DNA from: Myxococcales bacterium
GTDB lineage: Bacteria; Myxococcota_A; Polyangia; Polyangiales; DASUME01
Assembly (NCBI GenBank): GCA_047601445.1
Contig: JASGJH010000001.1
Span: 2,912,001 to 2,976,000, forward strand
DNA: 64,000 nucleotides
Reading direction: 5' to 3'
In this document: positions 1 to 10,524 of the stretch, in pieces
How the letters are laid out: the number at the start of each line of letters is the position of its first letter
How positions within the stretch are numbered: position 1 is the stretch's first letter
Notes under the pieces: model-generated
What the model was told of the DNA's origin: nothing
The model's database searches: none
The model's input: the letters and a program-made list of their open reading frames with translations, nothing else
Translations under genes and position numbers: made by a program

Positions 1-556
1 GCTCTTCGGTGATCGCTGGTTCCGCGAACGGAAACTCGAAGCGAAGGGCACGAAAGTTCGGGCCGGCCAGCTTCCGCGCAAGCGTCATTTGCGCTGCCAG
101 TGTGTACTCGACCGTATGGCGGGAGACATCACTGCGGGCCAGGTCGAACTTCAAGATCACACGGCTGGGATCCGGGAGTCGCGTGGAGCGCAGGCCGTTT
201 CCGATGAGCGCTTGATGGCGTACCTGCAGGGCAAGGAGATCGCCGGCGGTTCGGCAAGTCAGCGCGAGTTCGCCGACGATCCCGAAGGCTCGAACGTCCA
301 GCTCTTCCCCGGCGTGAAGGCCGACATCGGGGTCGCCCAGCACGAGCGCCGCGGCGAGGAACGCTTCGTCCTGTCGTGCGTGCGGCACGAGCGCATCGCG
401 ATCGAGCAGGTCCGTCTCGACTGCGCCCAAGGCGGAGAGTACCGGCGCGACGTTCCCGCCTTGCCTTCGTACGTAGTCTACGAGACCGCGCAGGTAGTGA
501 AGCGATACGTAGAGTCGACTGGGTTGCTGCTTGCCCTTCCCTTTCGCCGGAGGCAT
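1..556 (-). CDS. AraC-family regulator, N-terminal ligand-binding domain (OruR-like); runs off the window
   Basis: Not in the ORF track. Manual translation from ATG 556 gives MPPAKGKGKQQPSRLYVSLHYLRGLVDYV...LGDPDVGLHAGEELDVRAFGIVGELALTCRTAGDLL..., open to position 1; typical Arabinose_bd_2-type pattern. Confidence 0.8.
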   Translation of the reverse strand, partial: MPPAKGKGKQQPSRLYVSLHYLRGLVDYVRRQGGNVAPVLSALGAVETDLLDRDALVPHARQDEAFLAAALVLGDPDVGLHAGEELDVRAFGIVGELALTCRTAGDLLALQVRHQALIGNGLRSTRLPDPSRVILKFDLARSDVSRHTVEYTLAAQMTLARKLAGPNFRALRFEFPFAEPAITEE

Positions 557-594
557 GAGCGCCCACGGGCGTCCGCGCGCTTCCGCGCGCCGTC

Positions 595-1602
595 CTAGTG
601 AGTCGTGAACCACTGGACGACGTCCTTGGGAGCCACAGACAACCACTGGTGGCTTGCCTGCGGGTCCTCGTCGAACTTCGTTTCGAATCCTTGGTCCTGG
701 AGCTTCTTGTAGTAGGCCTTCGCGGTGCCGATGGGCACGATGGCGTCCTGATCTCCGTGCAAAAATAGGGTCGGCGGATGGTCCAGCGGCAGCTTGTTCG
801 GGATGTTGCAGATCGGTCCCAGGCAGGTCGCGTACGAGCCTGACTCGATCGCGAGAGCTCGGAACCGACCGGGGTAGGAAACGGCCATGCGGCTGGTCAT
901 GTAGCCTCCGCTGGAAATGCCCGTGGCGTAGAGTCGCGTCATGTCGATGCTGCCAAAGGTCCCATCGGCCATCTCGCTGAGGAGCTGCGGGATAAACGCC
1001 GAGTCGGGAGAGGTGTCGTAATTGCCGACTCCGTTCGTGTTCCATGCGGGTCCATTGGCGGGTGGCTGGATGACCAGGAACCCGGCGTCGAGCAACGCCG
1101 CAACGAGCGCGACCTGGTAGTAGCCGCCGAAGGAGATGTCCACGGGGAGATCGACGTTCCACGTAACCGACGGGCCGAATCCGGTGCCCTGGTACAGGAG
1201 GACCGCAGGCCAGCCTGCCGCGGGCGGCGCGCCGCTCGGTTTGGCCCAATAGACGTCGCGAGAGTCGGCTGCATCCTTGACCGTCACGATCGGCAAGCTG
1301 TCGCAGCGAGCAGTCTTCGGCTTGATGATGCACGCACTGCCGTCACCGTTAGACGGCCCCGATGCGTCCGGCTCGGAGGTCGACCCGGCGTCGTGTGTTC
1401 CAAGGCTCGCGTCCTCCCTCTCATGCGCCGGGCCCCCATCATCGCTTGATGACGCGGCGGGCTCGCCGCTGTCCTCGGTGTCGTCGTCTTCCCGGTCGGG
1501 AGGAACCCGCGACTGTGAAGGCGATTGCGCCTCCGGAGCGCAGCCTGGGAGAAAGCCCCAAGTGAGGAGCATCACGGCCAAAGCAAGCAACGACGGGTTC
1601 AT
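595..1602 (-). CDS. phaZ: Extracellular medium-chain-length PHA depolymerase, lipoprotein
   Basis: GWPAVLLYQG, FGGYY, YATGISSGGYMTSRMAVSYPGRFRALA, SGSYATC-GP-C, HPPTLFLHG-x-x-D and HQW match the P. fluorescens GK13 PhaZ type as I recall it; lipobox LPGC and acidic linker. Confidence 0.85.
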   Translation of the reverse strand: MNPSLLALAVMLLTWGFLPGCAPEAQSPSQSRVPPDREDDDTEDSGEPAASSSDDGGPAHEREDASLGTHDAGSTSEPDASGPSNGDGSACIIKPKTARCDSLPIVTVKDAADSRDVYWAKPSGAPPAAGWPAVLLYQGTGFGPSVTWNVDLPVDISFGGYYQVALVAALLDAGFLVIQPPANGPAWNTNGVGNYDTSPDSAFIPQLLSEMADGTFGSIDMTRLYATGISSGGYMTSRMAVSYPGRFRALAIESGSYATCLGPICNIPNKLPLDHPPTLFLHGDQDAIVPIGTAKAYYKKLQDQGFETKFDEDPQASHQWLSVAPKDVVQWFTTH

Positions 1603-1640
1603 AGGCGGTCATCATCGACGGAGTCGGCCAGTCTCCGCCA

Positions 1641-1679
1641 GATGAAGGCAGTCACGGTTTAGGCATGACCAAAGTCATG
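1641..1679. promoter_or_regulatory. Palindromic operator CATGAC-caaa-GTCATG (1664-1679) plus degenerate copy gATGAaggcaGTCAcg (1641-1656)
   Basis: Perfect 6-4-6 inverted repeat between the divergent phaZ and response regulator genes. Confidence 0.55.
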
Positions 1680-1784
1680 GGTCCGCTCCAGGATGTGCTC
1701 TGCTGTACATCCCTTGCCCGGAACCGCAGTTTGTTCGTGTCGCCGCTGCCACCTTGCGGTAGCTTCGGCCACGGATCGGAGAGG

Positions 1785-2453
1785 ATGAAGTTGCAGCCGG
1801 ATCGGGTCTGCATAGGCGTTTGCGACGATCACCCGGTGTTTCGGGCAGGCTTGGCCGCTCTGATCAGTGACGAGCCTGATCTGCGTTTGGTGTTCCAGGT
1901 CGGCACGGGCGCGGAGCTCGTTGCGTGCCTGCGCGACGGTACCTGCCCGATCGACCTGCTCGTGCTGGACTTCGATCTGCCCGATCAGCATGGCCTGGAG
2001 CTGGTCGCCGAGGTCAGCGAGCACTGCAAAGTCCTCATCCTGTCAGCGTTCGACGACCCTGACATGATCCGGATTGCGCTCGAGCGCGGGGCCGTGGGCT
2101 TCGTTCGCAAGGACTCGCCGCCAACCGTCTTGCTCCAGGGCCTTCGCGATGCGGCTGGCGGTCACACTGTGCTGAACGCCGAAGCCGCGGTGAGGGTCGC
2201 CAGCGCCTTGAACGTTCGCTCGCCGGAGCGGGACCTGGGAGCACGTCTGGATCAACTGACGACGCGACAGCGCGACGTGCTCACGCTGCTGGCGGAGGGG
2301 CGCTCGAATCGCGAAATCGCGAGCACGCTCTTCGTCACCGAAGGCACGGTGAAGAATCACGTGACCCAGATTCTCCAGATCGTTGGCGTCCCCGATCGAA
2401 CACGCCTTGCGGTGTTGCTCGCGCGGCAGGCGCGCAGCGGGGGCCGGCGGTGA
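1785..2453 (+). CDS. NarL/LuxR-family response regulator
   Basis: REC domain (DDHPVFR, LVLD, K) plus LuxR HTH (LTTRQRDVL..GRSNREIA..TVKNHV); GGAGAGG before ATG 1785. Confidence 0.93.
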   Translation: MKLQPDRVCIGVCDDHPVFRAGLAALISDEPDLRLVFQVGTGAELVACLRDGTCPIDLLVLDFDLPDQHGLELVAEVSEHCKVLILSAFDDPDMIRIALERGAVGFVRKDSPPTVLLQGLRDAAGGHTVLNAEAAVRVASALNVRSPERDLGARLDQLTTRQRDVLTLLAEGRSNREIASTLFVTEGTVKNHVTQILQIVGVPDRTRLAVLLARQARSGGRR

Positions 2454-3784
2454 TCGAGCTCGCGTGTGGCCTCCTCCTGGTTCTCGGGGCCTGGCAGGCG
2501 ATTCCCTGGAGGGCTGAGCGTTACCTCTACTACGTCTTCTCCTTCGTAGCGTTCACGGCCTTCGTCGCGATCGGTCTACCCGCAGTTTGGCTGGCTGCGG
2601 CTGTCGGAAGCCTGTCGACGGCCTTTCGAGCTCTGGCTGCACCGCGCGGTTCGGGAGTGCCTTCGGCCGCCAAATGCCTCGGCGCCACCACTGTCGCTAC
2701 GGTGCTGACCGAGCTAGTCGCCCATGGTTTGGTGGTTTCGGTCGGCCTTCCCTATCCGCTTCCGGTCACGACTCCCTGGACGATGGCGTCATTCACCGTG
2801 GTGCTCGCGGGCCTGTTTGGCGCCATGACGGCGGTGAAGGAACTCGCCCTCCGCGCCATGTCGCCAATGAGCGCGAGTCCACTCGACGACGACCTGGAGC
2901 CACGCGCGCAATTGACGATGGCGGACTACCTGCTCGGTGCGCTGCTCGGCGGCCCCCTGCACCTCGCTGCGCAGCTGCTCTTCGTGCGAGGCCTGGTTGG
3001 CCCGTGGATCGGCGCCATGTTGTGGTCTCTGGTGCTCAACGCGGTGTTGCGTCGACAGGTGGCGAGAGACGCGCGAGCACGGGAAACTCTGCAGGAACTG
3101 GCGCGACAGGAGCAACTGCTGATGGTGGGCGAGCTGAGAGCTCGCGTCATTCACCAAACGCGCCATCAACTCGGCCTCATCGGTATCGCTGCCCATCGAA
3201 TCGGCAAACGCATCAGCACGCTGTCGGGGGACGAGGCTCGGGTGGTGAGAGAGGAGCTCGAGAAGCTCGAGGAGATCCAGCGAGAGCTCGGGGAAATGCT
3301 CACCACGGATCTGCGAGGAGCCTCCAAGCCCGAAGCGCAGGGCAGCAGGAGCTATCGCGATCTCGTGGATGCCGTGGTCCGACGGCTCGGACCGGTGGCG
3401 GAAACGCGCGGCATTCGTCTCGAAGTCGTGGCGCGCCCGGCGCCGACGAGCGCGGCTCCACGCAACGCCGAAAGTGTTTCGCACGCGCTGTTCAACGTCG
3501 TCGAGAATGCACTGACGGCGGCCCGGCAACTCGTCCGAGTCGAGCTGAGCTCTGCGTCAGGACAGCTCGTGATCTCCGTCCTGGACGACGGGCCCGGTCT
3601 CACAGCGTCGACCCTGGCTCGGGCAACGGAGCCGTTTTTTACGACCAAGAGCGATGGCACGGGGATGGGTCTGGCCATAGCGCGAGCCGCTTTTGCCGAA
3701 GAAGGCGCGCAGCTCTGCATCGCCAATCGCGCCGAGGGTGGCTGTCAGGTTCAAATCGCAGTGCCCGAGCGCGCCGCGGGTTGA
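2450..3784 (+). CDS. Membrane sensor histidine kinase
   Basis: Multiple TM helices, H-box IHQTRHQL, N box NVVENA, DDGPG, FFTTK, GTGMGL; GTGA overlap with the regulator. Confidence 0.9.
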   Translation: MIELACGLLLVLGAWQAIPWRAERYLYYVFSFVAFTAFVAIGLPAVWLAAAVGSLSTAFRALAAPRGSGVPSAAKCLGATTVATVLTELVAHGLVVSVGLPYPLPVTTPWTMASFTVVLAGLFGAMTAVKELALRAMSPMSASPLDDDLEPRAQLTMADYLLGALLGGPLHLAAQLLFVRGLVGPWIGAMLWSLVLNAVLRRQVARDARARETLQELARQEQLLMVGELRARVIHQTRHQLGLIGIAAHRIGKRISTLSGDEARVVREELEKLEEIQRELGEMLTTDLRGASKPEAQGSRSYRDLVDAVVRRLGPVAETRGIRLEVVARPAPTSAAPRNAESVSHALFNVVENALTAARQLVRVELSSASGQLVISVLDDGPGLTASTLARATEPFFTTKSDGTGMGLAIARAAFAEEGAQLCIANRAEGGCQVQIAVPERAAG

Positions 3785-3892
3785 GCAGGAATAGAGCGCC
3801 GCGTGGTGCGAGCGATGCTCAGCCTTGCCGTTTGAGGTCTGCTCACCAAAGAAGGCGCAATCCCACCCGCCACTCGGTCCTACGTATGGGCC

Positions 3893-5651
3893 ATGGCGCG
3901 AGTGCTCTCGGTAAACGTCGGACTTCCGCGCGACATCGCATGGAAGGGTCGCAGCGTCCACACGGGGATCTGGAAGGAGCCCGTGCCAGGCCGCTGTCGT
4001 GTGAACCGATTAAACCTGCAAGGTGACGGGCAAGGCGACCTCGCTGGCCACGGCGGTGAGCAGCGCGCGGTCTTCGTCTATCAGATCGAATCATATCGGT
4101 ACTGGCAGGAGCGACTGAAGCGAACCGACTTCCGCTACGGGCAGTTCGGTGAGAACTTCACGATCACGGGTCTGCCCGATGACGAGGTGTGCATCGGTGA
4201 CCGCTTCCGTATCGGCAGCGCGTTGCTCGAGGTCACACAACCCCGCACGACCTGCTTTCGTGTTGGCATTCGTATGGACGAGCCGCAGATGCCTGCTCTG
4301 CTGACCTCGAGCGGCCGGCCCGGATTCTACTTTCGGGTCCTGGAGGAGGGCGAGGTTGGCGCAGGGGACGAGTTCGTGAAGGTGGGTGAGGCCTCGGAGC
4401 GCATGACGGTCGCCGAAGTCAACGCACTCCTCTATTCGCCTCCTCATGCGATCACGCAGCTGCGACGGGCCCTGCGCATCGAAGCGCTGTCCCCCGGGTG
4501 GCGTGCATCGTTCGCAGCGCTCCTGGAAAGCTCGGCCACACCTGCAGGTGGCAATGCGGGGCTCGTGCCCGAACCTGCTTCCCACCCGGCCGCGCCTGGA
4601 TTTCGGCCGCTGCGCGTGGCCGCCGTCGAGCATTCGGCATCGGATGTCCTCTCTCTCGTTACGAAGCGTAGACAAGCAACCGCTGCCGGCGGCCTTGCCT
4701 GGCCAGTACGTGGTCTTGCGGCTCCCACCCGTCACGGGCGGTGCGCCGCTCTTCCGCAGCTACTCGCTGTCGGGCCCAGTCTCGAGTGAACGCTATCGAA
4801 TCAGCGTGAAGATCGAGCCGCAAGGCGCCGCGGGAAGCTACCTGCGGCGCTTCGTCCACCCTGGGGATGTGGTCGACGTCAGCGCACCGCGCGGGACCTT
4901 CACGCTGCAGACTGGGGATCGCCCGGTGGTGTTGCTCAGCGCCGGCATTGGCCTGACGCCGGTTCTAGCGATGCTGCATCAGCTGGCAGCCGAGCATTCG
5001 GCTCGCCAAGTCCTTTGGCTGCACGGCGCGCGCGACCGAGCACATCATCCCTTCGGGGCCGAGGTCCGGCAGCTGCTGCAAGCGCTTCCGCGGAGCGCCC
5101 GTCACATCTGCTACAGCCGGCCCGGTTTGCAGGACAAGCTCAACCAAGACTTCGACCGTGCGGGTCACCTGTCGAGGCAGGTCTTAGAAGGCGTCGGCGT
5201 GCCACGAGAGGCGGACGTCTACCTGTGCGGCCCAAGCCTGTTCATGACCGAGATGAAGTCCGCCCTCGCGTCGTCAGGAATCGCCCCAGAAAGGATCCAC
5301 GTCGAGCTCTTTGCGGGCAGCCCATCCCTGACGCCTGGCATCGCGAATCCGGGGACCCGACCACCGCACCCGCCCTTGGACGACGCCGATACCGGCCCGT
5401 TGGTCTCGTTCGCGCGCAGCGGCATCGCCGTGCATTGGAAGCCATCGGCGTACCAAAGCATCCTCGAGTTGGCGGAGGCGTGCGACGTCCCCGTGCGCTG
5501 GTCGTGCCGTGCGGGCGTCTGCCACAACTGCGAGTGCGGAATGGTGTCGGGCGCCGTGACCTACGGGCCAGAGCCTCTCGACAAGCCAGCAGAGGGCAAC
5601 GTGCTCGTGTGCTGCTCACGACCGACTCGCGACGTGGTGATCGACCTTTAG
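3893..5651 (+). CDS. MOSC + FAD/NAD oxidoreductase + 2Fe-2S ferredoxin fusion, frameshifted near 4650-4658
   Basis: MOSC (GQFGEN, QPR-TC) in 3893..4789 continues into RSYSL, LLSAGIGLTP, YLCGP, CRAGVCHNC in 4446..5651; the junction is a CT dinucleotide run. Confidence 0.88.
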
Positions 5652-5746
5652 AACGCAGCTCCAAGCGCTAGCGACCACCGGCGGCGGGCCTACAGAGAGC
5701 CAAGTCGTCTGAACCGGTTCCATTCTCGCAAGAGAGGAGTCTCGCC

Positions 5747-6487
5747 ATGGCCAAGGTGCTTTTCATCGTCAGCGGAGCCAGCTACTGGGTGCTGAAGGAC
5801 GGGTCGAGGTACGCGACCGGCTACTGGGCCGAGGAATTCGCGAACCCCTACAAGATCCTCACCGACGCCGGCCATGAAGTGGTCGTCGCGACGCCCAACG
5901 GGGTGACCCCGACCGTCGACATGATGAGCCTTCGTCCCGAGATGGCCGGCGGCGCGCAGGGCGCGCTCGATCTGGAGGCCATCATTCGATCGGCGGAGGA
6001 GATGCGGCGGCCACTCAAGCTGTCGGACGTGCGCCTCCATGACTACGACGCCGTCTACCTGCCAGGCGGTCACGGTCCCATGGCGGACCTTGCATTCGAC
6101 GCCGACGCCGGACGACTGCTGACCGCTCAGCTCGCCTCGGGCAAGCCCCTATTCATCGTGTGCCACGCCCCTGCCTCCATCCTGGCCACCAGGATCCGCG
6201 GCGTGTCTCCCTTCAAGGGCTACCGCATGACGTGCTTCACCAATGAGGAGGAAGAAGCCGTCGGGCTGGCTTCCCGTTCAACCTGGCTACTCGAAACGGA
6301 ACTGAAGGAGAAGGTCGGCGTCAACTTCAGCCGCGGCGAGATCTGGAAGCCGTACATGGTCGAGGATCGAAACCTGGTCACCGGGCAGAACCCCCACTCC
6401 GCCGCCGTCTTGGGCAAGCGCATGCTGGAGATCTTGCGAACAGCGCGACCCAATGCTCCTTCCCCGGCCGTTCAGCGCATGAGTTGA
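5747..6487 (+). CDS. DJ-1/PfpI (type 1 glutamine amidotransferase-like) protein
   Basis: TGYWAEE, PGGHGPMADL, VCHAP, VTGQNP. Confidence 0.92.
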   Translation: MAKVLFIVSGASYWVLKDGSRYATGYWAEEFANPYKILTDAGHEVVVATPNGVTPTVDMMSLRPEMAGGAQGALDLEAIIRSAEEMRRPLKLSDVRLHDYDAVYLPGGHGPMADLAFDADAGRLLTAQLASGKPLFIVCHAPASILATRIRGVSPFKGYRMTCFTNEEEEAVGLASRSTWLLETELKEKVGVNFSRGEIWKPYMVEDRNLVTGQNPHSAAVLGKRMLEILRTARPNAPSPAVQRMS

Positions 6488-6584
6488 GCGCCTTTCCGCT
6501 GGTTCATGGAAACTCTGACGGCTGCTCGGTGTTTGGAGCCCACGTGACGAGTGTTAGGGTGCGCGCTCCACACGGTGGGGGCAC

Positions 6585-7385
6585 GTGAACCGCGAGTTGA
6601 AGCCAAGGACGTCGGAAGCACACGGTCGCCTTTGGGGACTGCGCGCAAGGGACTGGGCCGACTTTCAAGAAGGTACCGTTCGCCCCGTTTTCCAGGCCGT
6701 GCTCGAACGCACGGGCGTGGCGGCGGGGACTCGGTATCTGGACGCCGGCTGCGGCTCGGGCATGGCGGCGGAGATGGCGGCTGCGCGGGGGGCCCAGGTG
6801 TATGGCGTGGACGCGGCGGAGGCCATGCTGTCCATCGCGCGCTCGCGCGTGCCCGCCGGCGACTTCCGCCAGGGCGACCTCGAGCAACTGCCGTTCGCGG
6901 ATGAAACCTTCGATGTGGTGACCGGCTTCAACTCGCTGCAGTACGCCGGGAACCCGGTGGCGGCACTGCGCGAGGTCGGACGTGTCGCCAAGCGAGGCGC
7001 CTCGATCGTGGTCATGACCTTCGGCAACCCCGAAGGCATGGAAGTGGTGGCCTTGCTGACAGCGCTCAAGTCGCTGCTGCCGCCGCCACCCCCTGGTGCC
7101 CCTGGTCCGTTCGCGTTGTCGGACGACAGCGTCCTGCGTCAGTTCGCGACCGACGCTGGACTCGAGCCCGTCGAAGTGTTCGACGTCGACAGCCCCTGGA
7201 TCTACGCCGATGAGTCGGCGGCCATGCGTGGTCTCACGTCGACCGGCAACGCGGTCAAGGCGCTGGAGAAGCTCGACGAGCAGGTCGTGACCGAGGCCTA
7301 CGCCAAAGCCATCGCGCCGTTCCGCCAATCCGACGGCAGCTATCGCGCGTCCGCCTGGTTCCGCTGCCTGTTGGCGCGGCGCTGA
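6585..7385 (+). CDS. Class I SAM-dependent methyltransferase
   Basis: LDAGCGSG, GVDAA, LPFADETFDVV. Confidence 0.9.
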   Translation: MNRELKPRTSEAHGRLWGLRARDWADFQEGTVRPVFQAVLERTGVAAGTRYLDAGCGSGMAAEMAAARGAQVYGVDAAEAMLSIARSRVPAGDFRQGDLEQLPFADETFDVVTGFNSLQYAGNPVAALREVGRVAKRGASIVVMTFGNPEGMEVVALLTALKSLLPPPPPGAPGPFALSDDSVLRQFATDAGLEPVEVFDVDSPWIYADESAAMRGLTSTGNAVKALEKLDEQVVTEAYAKAIAPFRQSDGSYRASAWFRCLLARR

Positions 7386-7388
7386 AGC

Positions 7389-8216
7389 TCAAGCCGGAAT
7401 TCGTGCGTCGATCCAGGCCCGAATATCCTGGAGCACGCTCTCCTTGCCGAGGTCGTTCAAGGGGTCGTGAAAATAGCCCTCATAGAGCTTGAGCGTCTTA
7501 TCCACGGACCCAGCGTGGTCATAGAAAAATTGGCTACCTTGGGGCTTGGTGGCCTTGTCCTCGGTACCATGAAGAATTAGCAGCGGCAGCGTGATCTGGC
7601 CGAAGTCGCGCTCGAGGCGCTCGTCTGCGCGAACCATCTCGGCGACCGTCAAGGTGGGCTGCACTTCGTTGGCGATCAGTGGATCACTGTTCATGGCTGC
7701 GACCACCTTGGGATCGCGTGAAAAGTGCTCATTGGGGAGCTTGAGCACGTGCGTGTGGGGCAGAACATGACTCAAGCCCTTCACGACGCTGAGCACGAAG
7801 TCCGGGGCCGGCACTCGGAAGGCAAAGCTTGCGCAGATGAGTCCCGCCAACTCGGGGTGATGATCGAGGGCATAGTTGCAAGCGATGACGCCACCTGCGC
7901 TGTGACCGTACAAAAAGACGGGCAGGCCCGGCCGCTGCGCCTTCACCCACTGGATGAACGTGGCAAGGTCCGCTTCGTAGTCGCCGAACTTCTCGACGAA
8001 GAAGCGCTCTCCTTCCGACTGCCCCCGGCCACGATGATCCAGGGCGTAGACCGCAAGACCACTACCCGCGAGCTGCTCGCCGACCCAGCTGTAGTAGCCG
8101 CTGTGTGAGTTGAAGCCATGGGAGAGGACCACGACGGCGCGCGCGTCGCCATCGGGCTGCCATGAACGCGTGAAAATGTTGATGCCGCCCACGCCTTTGA
8201 ATGCTTCATGTTTCAT
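7389..8216 (-). CDS. Alpha/beta hydrolase, lysophospholipase/monoglyceride lipase family
   Basis: HG, DHRGRG, GHSAGG nucleophile elbow, HGTED, YFH. Confidence 0.92.
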   Translation of the reverse strand: MKHEAFKGVGGINIFTRSWQPDGDARAVVVLSHGFNSHSGYYSWVGEQLAGSGLAVYALDHRGRGQSEGERFFVEKFGDYEADLATFIQWVKAQRPGLPVFLYGHSAGGVIACNYALDHHPELAGLICASFAFRVPAPDFVLSVVKGLSHVLPHTHVLKLPNEHFSRDPKVVAAMNSDPLIANEVQPTLTVAEMVRADERLERDFGQITLPLLILHGTEDKATKPQGSQFFYDHAGSVDKTLKLYEGYFHDPLNDLGKESVLQDIRAWIDARIPA

Positions 8217-8414
8217 AGGTGTTCCTGCCTGGTGACGGGCCACGAGTTTTCTTCTCCAGCGAAGCCTCGCTCACGCGCGTTCTCTATATGACCGCCGGGC
8301 GAACAAAGGCAAACAGCGAAGCCGACCGACATGCGCACATGGCGACGCGCGCTCGGCTGCGACACGGTGTCTTGGGTGCCGCACACGCACTAGCCACGGA
8401 AGGGCAGAGAGACC

Positions 8415-9203
8415 ATGGAGCTCAACCTGAAGAACAAGATCGTCGTCGTGACAGGTGCCAGCAAGGGAATAGGTCTCGCCATCACGAAAGCGTTCGTTGC
8501 AGAGGGAGCGCGGGTCGTCGCGGGCGCTCGGACCGTCGAAACGCTCGGCGGCATCGAGGGAGTCACGCCGGTAGCGGTCGACCTCGGATCCCGGAACGGA
8601 CCTGCCAACCTGATCGAGCGTGCTTTGGAGGTGCATGGGCGTGTGGACGCACTCGCGAACAACGTTGGAGGTGTGCGGATACGCCTGGGAGGATTTCTCG
8701 GTACCAGCGACGAAGAGTTCGAGTGGGCCATGCAGCTGAACTTCTTTGCCGCCCTGCGCGCCACACGCGCGGCGCTGGGGCCGATGCTCAAGCAGGGAGG
8801 TGGAGCGATCGTCAATGTTGCCTCGGTGAACGCCTTCTTTCAGCCAGACGCTGGCACCATCGACTACGGCGCGGCGAAAGCCGCACTGGTCAACTTCAGC
8901 AAGGCCATCGCGCAAGAGTTCGGGCCCAAAGGCATCCGCATCAACAACGTGTCGCCTGGCCCCGTCGGTACCGATCTCTGGCTGGGCGAACACGGCGTCG
9001 CCGCGACCGTGGCCAAGGCCACCAACGTCGACGCGGACACCGCGCGCAAGAACGTGATCGCAGGCATCGGCGGCATGCCCACGGGGCGCTTCACGACACC
9101 GGAGGAAGTGGCGACCTTGGTCGTCATGCTGTCTTCGGAGCGCACAGGAAACGTCACGGGCTCGAACTTCGTGATCGATGGCGGGCTCATCAAGACCACC
9201 TAG
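8415..9203 (+). CDS. SDR family oxidoreductase
   Basis: TGASKGIG, NNVG, YGAAK, PG, IDGG. Confidence 0.95.
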   Translation: MELNLKNKIVVVTGASKGIGLAITKAFVAEGARVVAGARTVETLGGIEGVTPVAVDLGSRNGPANLIERALEVHGRVDALANNVGGVRIRLGGFLGTSDEEFEWAMQLNFFAALRATRAALGPMLKQGGGAIVNVASVNAFFQPDAGTIDYGAAKAALVNFSKAIAQEFGPKGIRINNVSPGPVGTDLWLGEHGVAATVAKATNVDADTARKNVIAGIGGMPTGRFTTPEEVATLVVMLSSERTGNVTGSNFVIDGGLIKTT

Positions 9204-9267
9204 CCCCATACGAGCACGACGGGGAAATTCCTGGGCGTCGCCCCTGCACGAGCAATTGGGAACAGTC

Positions 9268-10524
9268 CTAGCGTTCGACGTCGCTGCTCGCCAGCCACTG
9301 CATTTCCGGATAACGCGAGCTTGGCCCGCGCAAGAGCGGTGAGGGCCGATGGGTCAAGGTCTCGCGGAAGAACGCGGTCAGATAGGCTAGCTGCACGCTC
9401 GAGGCGCGCGGCCCATTCACGGTGCCCACGTATGCCGCGATCACCTCGGGCGGCAACACCCGCGCGAGGTCGAGGATCTCCACCAGGGGAGCGAGGTCGG
9501 AATAGGTCAGGTGCGCCGACTGCGCGAGCCGCAGCTCCCAACGCGGGCCGTTCATGCTCGACCAGAGATCGGCCCAGGTCGGGTCGTTGGTCATGTCGTG
9601 CCCTTCAGCGCTCATGAGCATGAGGGGACGCCCGCTCGTTCCCGCTTGCGCGGAGAAGTCGAACACGGTCCCGTCCATGTTGACACAGGCCGCGATCCGA
9701 GTGTCCTGCAGCATGCTCAGGATCGCCGTCGCGCCGCCCAACGAGTGCCCGAACATTCCGACGCGCTTCAGGTTCATCACGTGCCACAGCCGATCGTTCA
9801 GTCGCGGCAGCTGAGCCAACACGAACGCCACATCCGCGACCCGCGCTTGAAGCCGTTCTTCGACGAACGCCAGCGCCTCTTCCTGGGTGGTAGGAGGTGC
9901 AGGAGCTTGAATGACGGTCCCGTCAGCCAACTCGATCACAGCGGCGTCGTACGGATGGTCGAGCGCGACGACGACGAAGCCTTCGCTCGCAAGACCTTCG
10001 AGCAGCACGGTATACAAATGATGGTTCACTCCCAGCCCGGTCGAGAAGAGGACCACTGGCCATCCGCCCGCGTGGTACAGAGGTGGCGCGTTGACATGGG
10101 CGCGCGTGGGCAGCGAAGCCAGCGTTCCCTCGCGCAAGCTCAAGTTTGCGTCGTAGAAGGCGCCGACGGCTTCTTCCACGTACTCGGCCCGCGGATGATG
10201 AAACGTAGAGAGCGCAGGATACCAGAGTTGCGCGATGACACGGCGCCGCTCGGGACTTGGCGCGAAGGGATCCGCGCGGTGCTCGTCCACCCATTCGGTA
10301 GTTTGTGTGCCCACTGCGAACGGTCCCGGGAGCGCCGGCAGGATGGCGCCCGCAGGGGCATCGACGAGCACGCTCGCAGGCGCGTCATGTTCTCCGGGCT
10401 GCGGATCCTGCGCCAGGCTTTCCGGCGCGACGAACAGGGTTGAGATGCTGAGCGCCGCGACTGCCCAGCGCGCTGCGACGAGTTTCGATGCGAACAGCGA
10501 AAGACGACTCTCTGACAAGCTCAT
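9268..10524 (-). CDS. Secreted alpha/beta hydrolase (PAF-acetylhydrolase-like lipase)
   Basis: Signal peptide, GPFAVG, QLWYP, DHPYD, GHSLGG, NMDG, H-x-x-YSD. Confidence 0.88.
   Translation of the reverse strand: MSLSESRLSLFASKLVAARWAVAALSISTLFVAPESLAQDPQPGEHDAPASVLVDAPAGAILPALPGPFAVGTQTTEWVDEHRADPFAPSPERRRVIAQLWYPALSTFHHPRAEYVEEAVGAFYDANLSLREGTLASLPTRAHVNAPPLYHAGGWPVVLFSTGLGVNHHLYTVLLEGLASEGFVVVALDHPYDAAVIELADGTVIQAPAPPTTQEEALAFVEERLQARVADVAFVLAQLPRLNDRLWHVMNLKRVGMFGHSLGGATAILSMLQDTRIAACVNMDGTVFDFSAQAGTSGRPLMLMSAEGHDMTNDPTWADLWSSMNGPRWELRLAQSAHLTYSDLAPLVEILDLARVLPPEVIAAYVGTVNGPRASSVQLAYLTAFFRETLTHRPSPLLRGPSSRYPEMQWLASSDVER

Noticed and set aside
89..598. 169-aa plus-strand ORF
   Set aside because: Antisense shadow of the AraC-type gene on the minus strand.
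3893..10524. Possible biosynthetic cluster or mobile island
   Set aside because: Mixed orientations, no scaffold synthase, and no integrase, transposase or flanking repeats; it reads as assorted stress and detoxification enzymes.
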